A stretch of 64,000 nucleotides of DNA. Source: Mytilus californianus. Its lineage: Eukaryota. Shown one piece after another: positions 59,561 to 64,000 of the stretch. The notes under the pieces were generated by a model. It saw only the letters and a list, made by a program, of their open reading frames with translations, ran no database searches and was not told the DNA's origin. Within the stretch, counting starts at the first letter, position 1. Each line of letters opens with the position of its first letter. The stretch covers positions 84,816,001 to 84,880,000 of the forward strand of contig NW_026262723.1 in assembly GCF_021869535.1 (NCBI RefSeq). Direction: 5' to 3'. The position numbers were made by a program, and so were the translations under genes.

Positions 59561-60907
59561 ATCATGTTTTTGTATCATCTACAAAATGTCTGTTTTTTCA
59601 TGAGTTGGATTCTTCTGTGTCATATTTGCTTTGATTTTGTCTTGGTATTGTCAGCATACTTTTTTATTATATTTCATTTTGGTATATTTCTTGATATATA
59701 AGAGATTTTAGCATGCATTGTTTAATTGTATTTTCTGCATCATATTTTCTCTTTGTCATCTGTTGATATCATCTACCTTTGTTTTTCAACATATATAGGT
59801 ATCTCATGCATAACATTTAATTTAATCTGTCATGTTTTTACCATGACAAGTGTTATCATCTCTAGGGCATTTGTTATAGATCATATTCTGGCATCTTCTG
59901 CATGTCATTTGTATTTTATGATAAGCTGGCTTCTTCTTCATGACATGTTTTTGTTTGTCTGTATTTCTTAGGGTTTTTGTGAATTTCTTATTTTTCCATA
60001 TTTGTGTATTGTTGTATTGCTTTAATTGCATTGTCTGGATGTTTTTGTTTTTTAATATGAGTTTTATCTCCTACATGTTACTTTTTACAATGTCTTGTAT
60101 TTTCTACTTGATCTTATGTTTTACCATGTAATTACTCATTTTTTTTAGCATATCCTGTTATTTCCCTCATGACCTGTTTTTTAATATTTCATGATCTTTC
60201 ATGGTATCTTCTGCGTGACATTTGTTTTTAATGTCTTGTATTATCTGCATGGTCTTTGATTTTGATCATGTGTAGCTTTCTTTTGACCTTTCTTTATCCT
60301 GTTTTGATATTTTCTATCTCTTCTATAACAACTAGTTTAAATCTTAAAAGAATGATAATTTTGTAATTTCTATATATTATATTTTTTTTTATGCAAACAA
60401 TTACACTCAATTATGTTTTTTTTCAGTTAAAGTTTTCTTCTTAGGTTTTGATTTCTCTAATTGGGTTGATTTTTGTCTAAATATCCAGCATGTTTTATAG
60501 GTTCCTTTATGGATAGTTTTTAAGTTAAGAACAATGAAGAAATAAGACGAGCTGATAAAACCATATAAAGTTCTTCTTTATTATAAACCCAAATTCGTAT
60601 ATTACAAACAATATATTGCTATATTTCTATAAATGAGATTCCAATCAAAACAGAGATTCTAAGACTTGCATTGTACGGTAGCACTGTTCTCTAAAATACT
60701 GGTGATTCAACAGCTAGCTGCCACACTGTCAACAAATTAAAACACTAACAACAGGTTAATTCCCAACTTTTCAAATTAATCATAACAATAATGAGATCCC
60801 CTTTAGGATGATAAAGATGATGAAGATGAGTTCCTTATCCACATATCAAATAAATACTGGTAATTTATAACAATAACAAGATCCTCGTTGACTAATAATA
60901 GCAATCA

Positions 60908-63343
60908 TCAAACAGGGACTGGTTTGGCTCCTCCTGATGGTGGACAAACAAAAAATGTAGCTTTACCACTATACTTTTTCTGAAGAAAAAAAATTTCATG
61001 GTTTTAACAAACTTGAATGTAAAAATCATTGTATCAAGAAAAGATAAAGATCAAAGTATGATTCAACTATTAAATTGCTTATTTGTTAGATTTTTTGTCT
61101 TTTCCATTGCAACAGTTTGAGGGTTAAAACTATATCATATTATGAGAAAGAGTTTTTCTGTATAATATCAAGAACAAGAATGTGTCCATAGTACACGGAT
61201 GCCCCACTCGCACTATCATTTTCTATGTTCAGTGGATCGTGAAATTGTGGTCAAAACTCTAATTTAGCATTAAAATTAAAACGATCATACCATAGGGAAC
61301 ATGTGTACTTAGTTTCAAATTGATTGGACTTCAACTTCATCAAAAACTACTTTAACCAAAAACTTTAACCTGAAGTGGGACAGAATGAAGGAGGAACGAA
61401 CGAACTAACAAACGGACGATTGAACGAACGGACACACAGACCAAAACACATAATGCCCCCAGGTGCGGCATAAAAATAATGTAGCTTGATACCTTATGTG
61501 GTATGTTTTTACTTTTTTAATTTGTCATAAAAAATGTGGAATATTACCTGTATATGTTCAATAGCATTATTGACAGCCGATTGCTTCACTAACGTAACTG
61601 TACATCCACCAAATCCACCTCCCGTCATTCTGGAACCATACACACCATCAACCTCTAATGCTGCCTCCACTAACTGATCTAACTCAGTACATGACACTTC
61701 ATAATCATCTCTGTAATAGATGGAAATGTTATTGAATGTACAGAATTATCAAATAAGAAATGGTTGATTGGTTTATACGTGTGTGTTAATTGAGAATAAT
61801 GTCACTCCCAGGATAAAGAGATCAATGTTGTAAACTTTAAAATCACATAAGTCAAATTCTAAAAAAAAAGTTTATTATATTTTATATACTTAAATTGCAA
61901 AGTTTTATTGAAAAACAAATGAATATGGTCTTTCTTGTTAAAGAAAATCCTTTTTATTATCAAAATCTTCAGAAATGTACTGGTATTGAATTATTGTCTC
62001 CCTGAATCTGAATGCTTAATTCCCTGATAGCATTTCCTTAAGCAGTGACCTTAACCACAAGACTTCTTGTTAGAACTTTGGCAACCGCACAGCACAAGTG
62101 GGAGGGAAAAAAAATGTGATGAAAGAAAAGATAAGGTACACTAGGAGGTAGATAAAAAGAGTTAATTGGTCTTAAAAAGCTAAAAATGTATACACCAAAT
62201 GATTTAACAACTGGTATAACAAAAGTTTTAGAAAATAACATTGTGCTATCAACTCACTTATTTTTCACATGCTCCATGATTCTGTGTTTATTGTGTATCA
62301 AGGTCAAGATTAGTAAACCTCAGTAAACAAAACCCAAAAGTTAATTAGCAGCAAAAGTTTTGATCAACAATCACTGAATGAAATATTTTTTGTCGACTAT
62401 ACATTATAGATTTGTAATAAATGTACAAAAACACGCATAGAGGACTTACTTTAGTTTATAAGCATGCATTGGTTCAATAATTTCTCTAACATAATATTTA
62501 CAAGAAACTCGTTTCATATGACTTAACTTCCAACTGCAAAGGCTTTGAAATAAAACAATCTATTGCCAGTAGAACAGAGAGATGTACAGGTGCTACCATC
62601 ACTAAATACCCATGCTAATGGTGTATTATCAGTTAGACTTTTAATTAACTCTGAACTCTTGAAGCAATCAGATAACTGATGTTACTGGTGATTCTTCACT
62701 TTTAGAAGGATCTCAGTGATATGATTCTTTCTTAAAATCTTACCGTAGAGAATTATGACTTGCAACCATAAGTTCTCCAAACCGTTTATAATCTCCATTT
62801 TCAAGTGCATTAGCTGCTTCCTCTGTTCGTGAAATTTCCCCTATCACATGTCGTACACGTCTAAATGTCTCTTCATCTAATTTGTCTTTGCATTCTGTTG
62901 AAATAAGATAATAGGATAAGGTTTGCCATATTTTGGTAAATGTATGAATTTCGGTAAACTGCATACAGGTGAGATTTTAATATCAAATCAGAATAAAAAT
63001 TATTCAATGTCTTTAGATACATCTTACCAAGTTGATTATTGTTTCAAAAGAATTTTTCATAAAATATCAAAGCATAATATTTTCACTCCCTCAGGAACAT
63101 TGACAAAAGAAAAAATTCCTTTGTTCAATGAAGGAATGGTTAACATGGATAAGGTATTTACCTTCCAAATCTTGTTCTGTTGCATCACGAAGGCTTTTCT
63201 TTCCCATGGTCTTTGCAGACATTTCACACTGTCGTCTGCGAGTTGGATATTCTGATCCTGTCAACTGATGTTTCACATTGGAATTCGTGACCAAAACAAC
63301 AACACTGGAGTCTTTCATTGGAACAAGTTTGCTTTCTAATGAC
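60908..63343 (-). CDS. GALK1: Galactokinase copy 2 (more canonical GALK1), last four exons; 5' exons lie right of the window
   Basis: complement(join(60908..60979,61548..61710,62744..62894,63162..63343)); exon sizes 182/151/163/72 identical to copy 1. Motifs [55 protein letters not shown]. Confidence 0.95.
61173..61475 (+). mobile_element. Pearl/HINE-like element, family 2 (last intron of galactokinase copy 2)
   Basis: First 160 nt nearly identical to 9875..10145. Confidence 0.8.
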
Positions 63344-64000
63344 CTACAGAGCAAATTAAACAAAATGTTTATAGTAAATAATGGATTTTTTCATCAAAGT
63401 AAATGAAAAACAAAAAGAACAAAGTGTGTTCATCTCTAATAAGGAGGTTGTGTAACCTGCCAGCATTGTTAGATCTATTTTTATCTCTAGAATTTAAATA
63501 ATCAAAGCCTAGGGGGTTGTACTGTCTTAGTCTTTTAACTTAATGAACTTTACTGCTACCAGAGCAAAGATATTTAAAGCAGTATCCCCACATACTTCCA
63601 TCTTGCAAAGAAGGAAAAAGATTCTTTCCTACGAAAAAATCCATAAAGTCCTACTAATCATGAAAGTTCAGTGAGGCAACAAAGTGGGATCTTTATTTTA
63701 ATATGTCAATAATATTATCTATAGGCTGCAAATAGCACCGGTAAGTAGAGGACCTGGTTACATTTGTAAATTGCCAAAACAAAAATGAATAATCTTTTTG
63801 GTACGATTTCTAGACATGCTAGATCTGCAGATGTATGAGCTACATTTCAGTTACAAGAATACTCTTTTAACATTATCATTTAGCATGGTGTTTTACTTGT
63901 AACTGTGATTTTGCTCCAGTTATACTTACGAAGGTCAAGGAATGGTTTCTGAGTGGAATATTTTATATAAGATTTTATACTAACTTTAATATGTTGAACT

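Noticed and set aside
59726-60131. Hydrophobic ORFs
   Set aside because: Derived from T-rich decayed satellite sequence.

Overview
AT-rich, intron-containing eukaryotic DNA. The repeat content suggests a bivalve mollusc, most likely a Mytilus-type mussel (inference). Four genes can be rebuilt exon by exon with GT-AG sites and consistent phases: NUBP1 (minus strand, exons 1-8, 3' end outside the window), a tektin of the TEKT3/5 group (plus strand, complete, head-to-head with NUBP1), a complete but divergent galactokinase (minus, 392 aa) and the last four exons of a second, more canonical galactokinase (minus). The rest is mostly repeats: pearl/HINE-like elements with tandem cores, SINEs, decayed hammerhead-ribozyme (retrozyme/Penelope-type) repeats, 72-bp and 38-bp minisatellites, and a 5.9-kb CAC...GTG inverted-repeat element with a 5-bp target duplication that splits the 38-bp array and carries a broken LINE. 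The most unusual signals are an 83-bp tandem array that copies the 3' end and splice donor of NUBP1 exon 4 seven extra times, a candidate shared NUBP1/tektin promoter with an in-frame extra tektin exon, the CAC/5-bp-TSD transposon, and active-site changes in one galactokinase paralog. All of this was read by eye; no searches were run and most repeat boundaries are approximate.
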